49,485 nucleotides of DNA, from assembly GCF_001194135.2 (NCBI RefSeq), contig NC_068990.1:94450926-94500410 (forward strand), in the 5' to 3' direction. This DNA is from Octopus bimaculoides. Its lineage: Eukaryota. Below are positions 37,622 through 49,485 of this stretch, one piece after another. The notes beneath the pieces were generated by a model, which made no database searches, was not told where the DNA came from, and worked only from the letters and a program-made list of their open reading frames with translations. How positions within the stretch are numbered: position 1 is the stretch's first letter; every line of letters starts with the position of its first letter. The position numbers were made by a program, and so were the translations under genes.

Positions 37622-38595
37622 AGAAGTTGAGTAAGAAAATAACATTTTCATTTTTCAAAGGGATCTTCTTCTATAATATTAAGTCTGAAGCCTGTTTAGA
37701 AATTGAGCAGTATGAGCTATGGGAGTTTGTATTGCTTGGCTGTCCTATCTTCCAGTTGTGATAAAGACATTATTTACAGAACATTCTCAATTCTTTTTTA
37801 TTTTCTGTTGTTCCCTTTCTCCCTTCTCTCCTTTTCATTAAACTCCCTCATTCACCAAATGCCACATATCAGAGGAGGTTTCAAGCAGTGCAGGTATAGC
37901 AAAGCCAACAATAATGTCCCACCATGACTGCATCTCTTGAGCTGAAACTAGCTAGAGAGGTAGAGAGACTAAAAAGACATGAATGTATGTGTGTGTATAA
38001 TCCAAATTGAGGAAATGGAGCAGGTAAAATCCAGGATACATATGTTTCCTAGCTAGCAGATCCTTAGAAGTAATAATTACTCAATGAGGGGTACTCCACT
38101 AGTTACTCATCAGGCTGAAGATACCTTAGCTAAATAAAGGTTATGTTGTCATTAAAGAATCCCAAGTTAACTTGCAGAAGATATAATTCAAAATGAGTGG
38201 CGAAGCCAGAAGAACAGAGTGAGAAAACAAAATAGAAAAATATACGAAGAAATAAAATGGTCAGTAATAGAAAAGGAGGAAGTAAAAAATATGGGAGAGA
38301 GAGAGCAATTGTTTAAAGTTGTTAAGAATAAAGAAAAGAGATGGAGGAAGAAGAGAGAATTTAGGTTAGATTGATGAGGGGAAGGTCTTTGTGAATATTA
38401 AGCTGGGGTCATTTAACTATGTAAATATATTGTGGAAGACAAACCATATACATTTATAGAGAATCAAAAAAAAAAAAAAGAGAATTTTTAGAAGTGAAAT
38501 GGTCAAGAATGAAAAGAAAAGGAAAAAGTCAAATATCTAGGAGCGACAGTAAGGTGGATTTGGTTGGAGAGGAGAGAGGGAGATGGGAGGTTAGT

Positions 38596-38676
38596 AGCCA
38601 CGAGGGGAATATATACAGACCCAAGGAAAGCCACGAGGGGAATATATAGTAGCCACGAGGGGAATATATACAGACA
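38596..38676. repeat. Three copies of a 20-bp motif (agccacgaggggaatatata) with unequal spacers
   Basis: Copies start at 38596, 38629 and 38651. Confidence 0.9.
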
Positions 38677-38735
38677 CAAATACTTCATCATTTAACACGT
38701 TTCTTTCCTTGCTGCCATAGGTTGGACACACACAT

Positions 38736-39060
38736 TCTTTTATTCTTTTTCATGGTTCAGTCATTTGACTAGTACTTATTCTATCGGTCTGTTTTGCCGA
38801 ACCGCTAATTTACAGGGACGTAAACACACCAGCATTGGTTGTCAAGTGATGTTGGGGGGACAAACACAGACACACAAAGACACACACACATATATATAAC
38901 AGGCTTCTTTCAGTTTCCGTCTACCAAATCCACTCACAAGGCTTTGGCCAGCCTGAGGCTATAGTAGAAGACAGTTCACCAAGGTGCCATGCAATAGGAC
39001 TGAACCCAGAACCATGTGGTTGGTAAGCAAGCTACTTACCACACAGCCACTCCTGCACCT
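38736..39060 (-). mobile_element. tRNA-headed SINE, family A (near full length)
   Basis: Reverse strand head aggtgcaggagtggctgtgtggtaagtagcttgc...ggttctgggttcagtcc has A-box/B-box-like motifs. The body (agccttgtgagtggatttggtagacggaaactgaaagaagcc) recurs many times in the window. Confidence 0.8.
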
Positions 39061-39244
39061 ATATATATACATACATATCCATATTTATATACATATATAT
39101 ACTTATATATATACATATATATATACATACATATATATATATGCTTATATATACATACATATATATACACACACATACATATATACATACACATACATAC
39201 ATATATACATACATACACATACATATACATTCATACATATATAC

Positions 39245-39309
<65 letters not shown>

Positions 39310-39347
39310 TACATGCATACATACATACAAACATATATATATATATA
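39060..39347. repeat. Compound (TA)n/(TACA)n microsatellite
   Basis: Direct reading. Other simple repeats: (AAT)n 7405-7440 and 43727-43775, (GA)n 45617-45666, (TA)n 46252-46299, (TC)15(TA)15 49371-49430. Confidence 0.97.
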
Positions 39348-39856
39348 CGAGGTCTGATCAATAAGTGTCTGGAGTTTGCTGTTAATGTTCACTAGCTCAC
39401 TTCCGTTGTTTACAGCTGTGCTTGGAAGGCACGTATGGACCATATGGTTGTTGCATTGACCATGACAGAGAAAGATGTCATGGCAACACCAGCTCAGAGG
39501 CCTGAGCCGCACACAAATGTACGAGTGGTTCAGACATTTCCAAGATGGTCGAAAAAATGTCAATAGTGATGAATTTTCTGGGAGACCTGCAACCAGCAGA
39601 ACTGAGAAAACATCACAGATGTACATGCAGCTGTGAGGTGAAATCAGTGAATCTCCATCCGTGAGTTATCAGAGGATGTGCAGATTAGGTACAGTTCAGT
39701 TTAGTTCATGATCACTGAAGATTTTAGAATGAGATGTGTGTCTACCAAGTTTGTGCCAAAACTACTTTCAGCTGACCAAAAAAGATGCTTGGGTTTTAAA
39801 TGCACAAGATCTCCTTGATTGTGTCAAAAATGATGAGAACTTTTTGAAAAGATTAT
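39346..39856 (+). mobile_element. Mariner transposon, 5' half (left TIR plus decayed transposase DNA-binding region)
   Basis: TA|CGAGGTCTGATCAATAAGT terminus. Frame pieces GLSRTQMYEWFRHFQDGRKNVNSDEFSGRPATS, FRMRCVSTKFVPKLLSADQK and LLDCVKNDENFLKR are the mariner HTH and WVP-like linker. Truncated before the DDD catalytic domain. Confidence 0.88.
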
Positions 39857-39872
39857 TATATACATGTGTGTG

Positions 39873-39906
<34 letters not shown>

Positions 39907-40585
39907 TACATACATAGATATTGATATTGCATATGTGTATTTTGGATGATGAAATATATTTTGTATTTATATGATAATATATTTTGGATAATGAAAAGTT
40001 TTTATTGCTACAGTAATTCAACAAAACTATTTCATTATTTTGTGATTTACGCAAACACATGCGCACACACACACACACACACACACACAGAGTTTCATTA
40101 AAGAGTATGTATGCTTTATTGATAAAGAGAAAAAGTCTATCATGAATGCCTGGTTTTATACTTTTCATAATGGAATGACTGTAAAGTAAGAGTTAATGCA
40201 TGTACGTACGTGTTTGTGTGTGTGTGTGTGTGTGTTTGTAAGTGCACCCGTGTGAGTTTGTGCTTATCTGTGTTTGCTTGTGTATAGGTATGGATATATA
40301 AACAGAACAAACACATAGTTTACACAGAGATAGTTATATGAACATTTATATGCAGGAATTTGTGTATGTAAATCAGTGTGTGTGTGTGTGTGTGTGCCTT
40401 TCAAAAGGAAGTCCAAAGCAACATCATTTGACTAGAAGAACACATGACAGTTCCAAAGACAACTAATTAAAAATATTGCACTTTGGTTGTTTTTTTTCTC
40501 TTCTTTTATTTGTTGTTGTCTTTCATGTTTTCATATCTAAAAATATAGGAAAATGAGAACCAAAGAACTCAGCTTTCCAGTGCCG

Positions 40586-40688
40586 TTGAAGAATGTCTCC
40601 ATTTCATTTATTGAAGAATGTATCCATTTCATTTATTGAAGAATGTATCCATTTCATTTATTGAAGAATGTATCCATTTCATTTATTG
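40586..40688. repeat. 25-bp minisatellite, 4 copies
   Basis: Unit ttgaagaatgtatccatttcattta. Confidence 0.95.
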
Positions 40689-41269
40689 CATAAACAAAAC
40701 TATCTTCTTTGTCTCTTAGAAACCAAACAAAAAATTGGTTGTCATAGAAAAATCATATTTTTTCATTTGTCAATGTCAAAACAAACTAAAAAAAGTTACA
40801 TAGAACTATTGATATCTAAAGAATTCATTAAGATTTTGGGTGAGAATAAACTTAATTCTAATAAAAATGTTTGAGTTTTCATTTTTCTAAATTATTTTCT
40901 TCTCTCTCTTTCTTTCTGGAATATATCGAAATGATGTTACATGATGTTCTTTTTGTTGAGAAGGATTCTGTGGTTCTAAGCAAAAACACTTAAGATAGCA
41001 GAAGGTAGATTTACTTATTAGGGGCAAACAAGCTATGTATTTACATGTGTAAGTAGACGTGGATGTGTATGTGTCAGCATAAGAGAGTATGCACAGAGGA
41101 GTGTGTATGTATATTTGAGTATTGGAGTATATATAAATATATAGATATATATATTTATGTGTATGTATATATGTGTAGCAGGCTAGATTTGATGTGCCAT
41201 ATCAATTCGATATGATGTAGCCCACTACTGAATGTAGCGTATAGATGTAACGCTTCAAGGTTCTCCCGT

Positions 41270-41902
41270 TGGAGTAACCAGGAAGACATGGGATGAAGTG
41301 GTGAAGTGCAATCTCTGAATGTTGGGCCTCACAGAGGCAATGACAAATGACTGAGACCTTTGGCGATGTACCATGCTTGAGAAGACCCATCAAACCAAGT
41401 GAGATCATAGTCGTGGCCAATTCCAGTTTCACATAACTGGCCCATTAAAAGCCCCCTTCAATTGTTGGACAATTTGCTGTGCTTGTGAAGACCTGTCAAG
41501 CCGAGTGAAATTGTATTCGTGGCCATTGGCATTGCCATTGCTGTCTGACTAGCACCTGTGCCGGTGCCATATAAAAAGCACTGTTTGAGCATTGGGCCTT
41601 GTGGAGGCAGTGACAGGTGACTGAGACCTTTGGCAATATACTGTGCTGTGTAGACTTGTCAAGCCAAGTGAGACTGTAGTTGTTTCCGATGTTGGTGTTA
41701 GGTCAATCGTACCCATGCTGGTGGCACGTAAAAAGCACCCACTACACTCTCAGAGTGGTTGGCATTAGGAAGGACATCCACCCGTAGAAACCTTGCCAAA
41801 TCAGATCGGAACCTGGTGCAGCTCCCTGGCTTACTAGCTTTCAGTCAAACCATCCAACCCATGCCAGCACGGAAAACGGATGTTAAATGATGCTGATGAT
41901 GA
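41270..41902 (+). mobile_element. RTE LINE 3' end
   Basis: RKTWDEVVK C-terminal motif, gagacctttggc...cttgagaagacc modules, 3' UTR and (GAT)n-like tail. Confidence 0.85.
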
Positions 41903-42422
41903 TTTAACAGGAACTAAACTGAACCAACTTACTATTTTTTCTCATAAGTGAAGAAAAAGCCCTGATTTAGCTAATGAATCTTGTATACTATTTTATTTCA
42001 TTTCGTTTCATTATATTTATTTAAGTCCTGATTGATTGTCTCCTTTTATTGTCAATGTATTTGTGTCACTTTCCACCTCACCATTTCTTTTGCCTCTTTA
42101 TAATTGTAACATTTGAATTGAAATGACAAATGCTATGAGTGATAAATGTCATCTCCTCCATGGATGCCAACCACCTCAGCTAAATGACTGAAGTTGTGAA
42201 GATTCCTCAGCTATGTTCAGCCCCTCACAACAACTTGGGAAGAAACCAGGCCCCTGGTCTTGATTTAAAAGCTCGAGAATGATCCTCTTATAATGGATAT
42301 GGGACTTCCTCCCCCTCATGAAGAGCTCCCTCCTGGCCCAGAGGCACCACGAGAACGGGATGATCATGAATTGCTTTGGTCTGATGGGGCTACAAAACTG
42401 GCCCAACTATCTGTGAATAATG

Positions 42423-43360
42423 AGACATGAAATCTTTCGAGCAAGATCGTTGCCGGTGCCCCTGGGCCGGCTCTTGTGCGGGTGACACATGAGGTTTTTC
42501 GAGCGAGATCGTTGCCGGTGCCCCTGGACTGGCTCTTGTGCTGGTGACACATGAAATTTCTTTGAGCGAGATCGTTGCCGGTGCCCCTGAACTGGCTCTT
42601 GTGTGGGGTTCTGGGATTTTTCGAGCGGGATCGTTGCTGGTGCCCCTAGGCTGGCTCTTGTGCGGGTGACACATGAGGTTTCTTGAGCGAGATCAGCATG
42701 GCCTTTGCCAGTACCGCCTGACTGGCCTTTGTGCGGGTGACACGNNNNNNNNNNNNNNNNNNNNNNNNNNNNNNNNNNNNNNNNNNNNNNNNNNNNNNNN
42801 NNNNNNNNNNNNNNNNNNNNNNNNNNNNNNNNNNNNNNNNNNNNNNNNNNNNNNNNNNNNNNNNNNNNNNNNNNNNNNNNNNNNNNNNNNNNNNNNNNNN
42901 NNNNNNNNNNNNNNNNNNNNNNNNNNNNNNNNNNNNNNNNNNNNNNNNNNNNNNNNNNNNNNNNNNNNNNNNNNNNNNNNNNNNNNNNNNNNNNNNNNNN
43001 NNNNNNNNNNNNNNNNNNNNNNNNNNNNNNNNNNNNNNNNNNNNNNNNNNNNNNNNNNNNNNNNNNNNNNNNNNNNNNNNNNNNNNNNNNTGCCAGTGCC
43101 CCTGGACTGGCTCTTGTGCGGGTGGCACATAAAAGACACCATTTCGAGCGTGGCCGTTTTCGTGTGGGTGACACGTAAAAGCACCCACTACACTCTCTGA
43201 GTGGTTGGCATTAGGAAGGGCATCCAGCTGTAGAAACTCTGCCAAATTAGATTGGAGCCTGGTGTTGCCATCCGGTTTCACCAGTCCTCAGTCAAATCGT
43301 CCAACCCATGCTAGCATGGAAGGCGGACGTTAAACGATGATGATGATGATGATGATGATG
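42423..43360 (+). mobile_element. Young RTE 3' UTR with an expanded ~61-62 bp tandem module array (spans N gap) and (GAT)n tail
   Basis: Units such as gacacatgaggtttttcgagcgagatcgttgccggtgcccctggactggctcttgtgctggt start at 42484, 42546 and 42668. The tail region is nearly identical to the reverse complement of 20573-20839. Confidence 0.85.
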
Positions 43361-43530
43361 AAACCATACTACAGAGCATTACCCTGTCTGCTCTCTGCTA
43401 TCTAACCCCCAATAGTACTATAATGGAATGGGTACGCTACAGTACAAAGGACCCTGAATTCAATAAAAATGCAACAAACTATAAAAAATAGGACACAGTC
43501 ATAAAACTATCTTGTTTTGAAGGATCAACT

Positions 43531-43725
43531 TAATAATAACAATAATCCTTTCTACTATAGGCACAAGCCCCGAAACTTTGGGGAGGGGAAGGACTAGTCG
43601 ATTACATCAACCCCAGCACTTTGATTGCTATTTATTTCATTGACCCAGAACTCACAACATAGCAACAGACGAAATACCACTAAGCATTTCTCCCAGCATG
43701 GTAACAATTCTGTCAGCTCTCCACC

Positions 43726-43776
<51 letters not shown>

Positions 43777-43976
43777 GTTTCAAATTTTGGCACAAGGCTA
43801 GCAAATTTAGGGGAGGAGTAAGTTGATTATGTTGACCCCAGTACTCAACTGGTACTTATTTTATTGACTCTGAAATGATGAAAGGCAAAGAGTTAACCTT
43901 GATGGAATTTGAACTCAATGTGAATTACTGTTAAGGATTTCACCCAGTGTGCTAAGGATTCTGCCAGCTCACCACC
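43531..43976 (-). mobile_element. Two tandem copies of tRNA-headed SINE family B, each with a (TTA)n tail (43531-43725 and 43727-43976)
   Basis: Reverse strand head ggtggtgagctggcagaatcc...gagttcaaattcc (B-box), core ctttgcctttcatc...aataagtaccagttgagtactgggg. Decayed copies also occur near 1948-2160, 23790-23940, 29625-29770 and 36385-36520. Confidence 0.8.
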
Positions 43977-44830
43977 TGACATGGTTGCCATTAAATTTCT
44001 GGATGGCTTAGGTCTCTAGTGGGAGTGACATAGGAAGGAGACAGGCTGTTCAGTAGATCTGCTGTTACAAAAGCCATACAGGAGAAGGGAGGGAGAGAGA
44101 AAATGTATGTGTGTGTGAGAGAGAGAGAGAAAGGGAGAAAATGTGTGTGTGAGAGAGAGAGAGAGAGAAAGGGAGAAAATGTGTGTGTGAGAGAGAGAGC
44201 AAGAGAAAAAGATTCAAGATTTTGGTGAGGATAGGTGCTTTGGGTCCATGGGGAAACCAATACAAAGGCTGGTGGCCCTTACTGATTTTAAGCAACTGGA
44301 GCTACATATTACAATTTAAAATATGTGTCCATATGTAAGTGTACTTTGCGCGCCTGCATGTGTGTCTGTGTGTTTCTGAACGTTTCAATTTATATGCAAG
44401 TGTGTAAATATTCTTAAATGGCTTTTCCCCTCCAATGACTTATAAACAGCTCCAAAAAAAAAAAAAATACACAATATAAAACGAAGGGAAACAACTCTGT
44501 CAAGCATTACTTAAAATAAGGGAAACTATTCCGATTGTTGTGGATATTTTAGATTTTAGAAATGGGTATGTACGCACACGGACAGACACACACACACACC
44601 GCATGTATGTGTATATGTAAGTGGGCACACGCACATATATGTGAGTGTGTGCACCTGCATACACGCAATCACACACACACACACACACGCAGTAAGATAA
44701 CCGTGAGAAAAGCTTGGTGTACATTTGTAGTCGTTGAGAAGGCTGAAGAGAAAGTTCATTGCTCTGTTATCTGGTCGTCACTAAGAATATAGAATGCAAA
44801 AAAGAAAACTGCATTGGTATAAGGTGTATG

Positions 44831-44861
<31 letters not shown>

Positions 44862-45612
44862 GAGTGCTTATAGTAAACGATGTATGAGAAAGAGGAGAAC
44901 CTAGAAAAGACAGGAGGAAATAGTGAAAGATGTTGATCATCACATAAAGGGGTGGCTGCCTTCGTCTTCTGCTCTTCCTCTCACACTGCATTCATCTACT
45001 CTGCCCTCGTCTTCTCACTGTCCTTTCTTCACAGTTTCTCCAATATACACCTGTCAACCCTTTCATCTCATTCTGGCCAACCTCCACGATTAACCCCACC
45101 CACCCATCTTTAACCGACCCTCTCCCTGCTCACCCTCGTTTCTAAAGCTCTCTCTCTCTCATGCACCCTTCCACATACCTCATATTCATCCTTACAACAA
45201 GGGACACTACTGGTTCTCCTTTACACAACTCAGCCCATCATCCTTACCACCCTGTCCCCCTGTCCTGTTCATTAACCTTTGATATACTACTCTTCCCCAT
45301 GACCCTTCCATTACTTACCCCCAACATCATCTCCTCTGTTACCTTCCTCCCACTACAACCTTCAAGCATCAATAAATCTCTTCCTCCCACTCCCATTCAT
45401 AGTCTAACTTCATTTGACACCTCTGACCCCCCCCCCTCTCTCTCTCCGATCCGCCACTTTCAGTCAGAAAGCGTCTTTATTCTGGTGAAGAGCGACAACA
45501 ACAACAACCACACTTGTGCTGGTGCCATGCAAAAAAGGGAGCAGAAAACGTCTGTAAAGTTCATGTTTAAACAAGAAGGATTAATAAAGGGTTGAAAGGG
45601 TTTAATTCACCT

Positions 45613-45668
<56 letters not shown>

Positions 45669-46248
45669 AAGTGCTGTAGTCCTGGCTGACATGAGAAATG
45701 CTTTTAGTAGAGTGTAGAAAGTGAGTTAGGAAAGGTATCCAGCCATAGAAACCATGGCAAAGCTGAGACACTGGAACTAGATGGACATGTCCATCTACCC
45801 ATCCATGCACCTAGCACATCAGATTATGCTGCATTGTCCAACCTGTGCTGGCATGAAAAGTGACATAAGACAATGATGATGATGATGATGATATGGCTGT
45901 GAGATTAAAAAGATCATTTTGCAACAACGTGGTTGAAGGTTCAATCACACTAAGCAGCATCTTCTGCTATATATAGCCCTGAGCTGTCCAATGCCTTTTG
46001 AGGGAATTTCCAGGTTGGAACCCATAGTGTGTGTGTGTGTGTGTGTGTGTAAGTTTGATAAGTGCTAATGCATGAAATCCTTGGCCTTTGAGTCACTCTG
46101 TTGCTTCTGCAGAATATTAATGAAAATATATATACTCATGTTGTGAGTTCTATTTTTCCTGTTTGCATCACTAAACGAATGAATGAATGTATGTATGCAT
46201 GTATGTAGGTATGCATGTAGGTATGTATGTATGCACATGTAAGAGTGT

Positions 46249-46300
<52 letters not shown>

Positions 46301-47679
46301 GTACCTATTTGTGTTTGTTTCCCATATTTGACAATTGGTGTTGGTTTCTTTCTGTCCCCAGTAGAATAAGTATTAAGCTTAAAATAAGTACTGGGTTGCT
46401 TTGACTGACAAAAACTTTCAAGGGGGTGCCCCCAGTCTAGCTGTACTCCAAGGACTGAAACAAGTAAAAGAATAAAACAAAATATCATTCATCTTCTAGT
46501 TTTTACTTGTTACAGTCATTAGACTTCAGCCATGCTCTGCTCTGGCATCGGTTAGACAGGTGGACAGGATGTGATGGGTTCAAGTACTGGATCATTTCCC
46601 ACGATCTATTTTGGCATGGTATCTACAGCTGGATGTCCTTCTTAACACTGACACTGCTCTCCACCTCTATAGTTTGTAAAAGAAGCAGCCAATATCCCAA
46701 GCTGCTATGCACAGATTTGCAGTGACATACTTCCACCAGGTCAAGCTTGTATATTCCACTATTGCCAAAAGCTGCAGAACTTTGTGAGAGTAACCTACTG
46801 GGTTTTCCAAGAAATTCTTGTGTGTGATTAATTATAATGAGTGAAGTGTATACAGAGCTTTACTCCCTTTCCAAATAGAACAGCTTTATCTATCATCATC
46901 ATTGTCATTGTTGCCATCATCATCAACCTCATCATCATCATAGATATATTAAACGAATAGATAAGGATGAAGTATCCAGGTTAGTACTGTACAAGCACTC
47001 AATTATAATCCAGGTCATGGCTAACAGCATTGAGTTGTAAGGTGCACCACGGATTACTTAACATAAGCAATCCCAGTGTATTTCATCTGATGGGTAAATC
47101 CTGGGTTTGCTGGATTATAAATATTCTACTGAGTGTATATCCCAAATAATTACAATGAGTATGGAGATTAGTACACCTGCATATTTTTTATTATCAATTA
47201 TACAAGATATTTTATTTAAATGTGCCCGACACATATTTCTGCTGTATAGCTAATGCGAGTGTTGTTATAAATATATGCTTTGACCTAATTAAAGTTTAGT
47301 ATTCTCAATTTGAAATTGAAACCTAGTGTCAAGACAGGGTCAACCTCATAGCAGTTTTTATAGTGATCTCAGGTTTCCAAATCTTCTTCTCCCATTCTTT
47401 GCATTCAAAACTATAATAACCCACCAAATCTATAGAGACTTAGTTCCCTTCAGGCCATGTCAAGTAGATGGACCTTGAATAAAACTGTATAGTCTAATGA
47501 CCAATCGAAAGTAACTGGATGCAAATGCAATTGTGAAATGACTATGCAGACAAAAAAAAAAACATGCAAACACATTTAAATAAAATATACTGTATAACTG
47601 ACAATAAAACAAAAAAAAAACCATGCTGATGTACGAATCTCCATATTGATTGTAACTGTCTTGTATATACACAGATGAC

Positions 47680-48190
47680 TGTGCTGGCTTGTGAAAACTG
47701 GTTTGGTCACGTGATGCATATGGATGAGGACAGCTGCTTAAAGAAGTGCTGATCTCTAATTGTGGAGGGAACCTGTAGGAGGGGAAGACCCAGAAAGACG
47801 TGGGATGAAGTAGTGAGAAAGGATCTTCAGATGCTGAGCCTCATTGAGGAAATGACAAGGGACCAGGAGTTGTGGTGGTTTGCTGTACTTGAGAAGACGT
47901 GCCAAGCTAAGTAAAACTGCTGTCATCCATACATACAAGAGCATGTCCTTTGTAGGTGCAGATGCCATGTGGAAATGCACTCATGTCGGTGCTGTATAAG
48001 TGCACCTATGCTGATGGCTAGTAAAAAGCACCCATTGCCATACTGTCAGAGTGGTTGGCATTAGGAAGAGCATCCAGCTGTAGAAAGCCATGCCACAACA
48101 GACAACTGGAGCATGGACAGCTCCTGTCAAACCATCCAACCCATGCCAGCATGGAAAACAGATGGTAAATGATGATGATGATGATGTTGA
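47680..48190 (+). mobile_element. RTE LINE 3' end
   Basis: WFGHVMHMDEDSCLKKC and GRPRKTWDEVVRKDL motifs, 3' UTR and (GAT)n tail. Confidence 0.85.
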
Positions 48191-48689
48191 TATGTCTGTT
48201 GAAAATACTACATAAAATATGAAATATATTCTGTTTATATACAAAAAGTCTATGAAACAATGAGAAATTTATTAATTTATATTAAATTTCATTTTCAAAA
48301 GAATAGTTTTTGTGTTAGGTAAAATTTAGGTTGTCTTTCTCAGGAAAGGTTTAAAAACATTTTTAAAAAAAAAATTAAAAGTATCTATTTAAAAAACATT
48401 TCATTTCATACCCTGCAATGTCAGCATATACATTGTACGGTGTTTATATTTGCTTTGATAACATCTCCATAAATGACATTCATAGTCAAGGTTCTGTTTT
48501 CATCATTACAATGTGTCTTTCTAGTTGATTTGAAGGAGACTTAGCTGCTAGTTCTAGCAGATCAAGTAACCACAAAAAGTTTTCATGTTTGTGTATATGC
48601 AAAAATATCAGTAATTGTTGTGGAAGAATTCTGACCACCCCTTCAAGTGACTAAAAAGTGGACTGACTCATTGTTATAAAACAAAGAAC

Positions 48690-49364
48690 TGTCGCTGATT
48701 AGCAGTTCGTGTTGGGAGCATTTTTTCGTGTTAATCATTATTTGATCCCCGTTAGACGTAAGTCACATTATTAATTAATTGTTGAAGGTCTCCCGTAAGA
48801 GTGAACCCAATTGTTGAATTTTTGAATTGTTAGTTGCTGTTTTTTTTGCTCGTGAATTTATAATTGTTTTATTCCCTGTTTATGGGTGAAGTAGTGAAAA
48901 AAGGAAGGATGAAAAGTGAACCAGTTCCAGCCGGCAGCTATGCTTCGGCCACTGGAAGAAGTTTAACTGCAGACATACTACAGGTTCGAGAGGTGAAGAT
49001 GGAGAAAAAGAAGCTAAAGGAGTTTAACAGACTGACTGAAAAGGAGGGAACCAATTTGAGGTTGACCCCGCCACAAGAATTGACAGCTAGTGTGACAAAG
49101 CAGACAGTGGTATATAGAATGCTGTCCACGGAAACTAAAAGAATTGAAATAGCTACGGTGGAAGCCATAGAAGAGTGTTTAATGGAGGTAAAGAGCCTCA
49201 CAACAGTCTATACCAGAGGGAAAAAATACGGCACAGTGGAGGTAAGGTTTGCTAGCGAGCAACAAGCTATAAACCACTCCACTGTGGCGCTAAGGGCACC
49301 AGAGTGGGTACTTCTGCCAACTTACTGTGGCAAACGCATGGCCAGGGTAAGGATAGGCAGAGTA

Positions 49365-49370
<6 letters not shown>
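48690..49370 (+). mobile_element. 5' end of a non-LTR retrotransposon: putative 5' UTR plus ORF1 N-terminal part (ATG 48882, 163 codons to 49370), L1/Tx1-like
   Basis: Stop-free frame MGEVVKKGRMKSEPVPAGSYASATG...RGKKYGTVEVRFASEQQA...PTYCGKRMARVRIGRVPP. The YASA motif, RRM-like strand and VRIxxVP are typical of LINE ORF1. Absent from the ORF track because the frame runs off the window end. Clade assignment is an inference. Confidence 0.7.
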
Positions 49371-49433
<63 letters not shown>

Positions 49434-49485
49434 GAGTTATTAATATTTCTAAGTCTCTCTAAAGGAGACTACGACAGCGGTACTG

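Noticed and set aside
38984-39395. YI/HT-rich ORFs (also near 39824-40168, 44500-44991 and 46171-46488)
   Set aside because: Translations of (TA)n, (CA)n and (TACA)n microsatellites.
42423-42744. Regular ~62-bp repeats as a CRISPR-like array
   Set aside because: No unique spacers, a eukaryotic context, and the units are RTE 3' UTR modules.
46673-46831. 52-codon open frame after a good acceptor (FVKEAANIPSCYAQ...)
   Set aside because: No recognisable homology, the acceptor derives from a repeat edge, and no partner exon was found.
37622-48700. Search for adenylate kinase exons that would complete an AK5 gene
   Set aside because: No P-loop or other AK motifs were seen by eye; exons beyond the window or in the gap cannot be excluded.

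Overview
AT-rich eukaryotic genomic window rich in microsatellites, SINEs and RTE LINEs, with four N gaps. The repeat style suggests a coleoid cephalopod (octopus-like) genome; this is an inference. Two genes are arranged head-to-head. (1) Minus strand: five phase-consistent exons (14484-14573, 8263-8363, 7463-7570, 3909-4055, 275-370) encode the N-terminal PH domain and linker of an INPP5B/OCRL-family inositol polyphosphate 5-phosphatase. The catalytic exons would lie beyond the left edge, and the first exon could not be pinned down. (2) Plus strand: a 113-aa single-coding-exon ORF (37280-37621) resembles the N-terminal dimerisation/docking (RIIa/Dpy-30-like) domain of adenylate kinase 5 but has no kinase domain. 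It is preceded by a probable upstream first exon and a perfect palindromic RFX X-box (32463-32476). Between the genes lies a CpG-retaining interval (~28.0-32.8 kb) that contrasts with the CpG-depleted gene bodies. The rest is TE debris: RTE LINE fragments, an R4/Dong-like endonuclease 3' end, a mariner 5' half, two tRNA-headed SINE families, piggyBac-like MITE pieces, a possible decayed DIRS recombinase, and a LINE 5' end with an intact ORF1 start at the right edge. I see no clearly new multi-gene system. The best candidate for something under-described is the X-box-associated stand-alone AK5-type docking-domain microprotein with a possible overlapping uORF. Similarities to known proteins are from recall, not from database searches.
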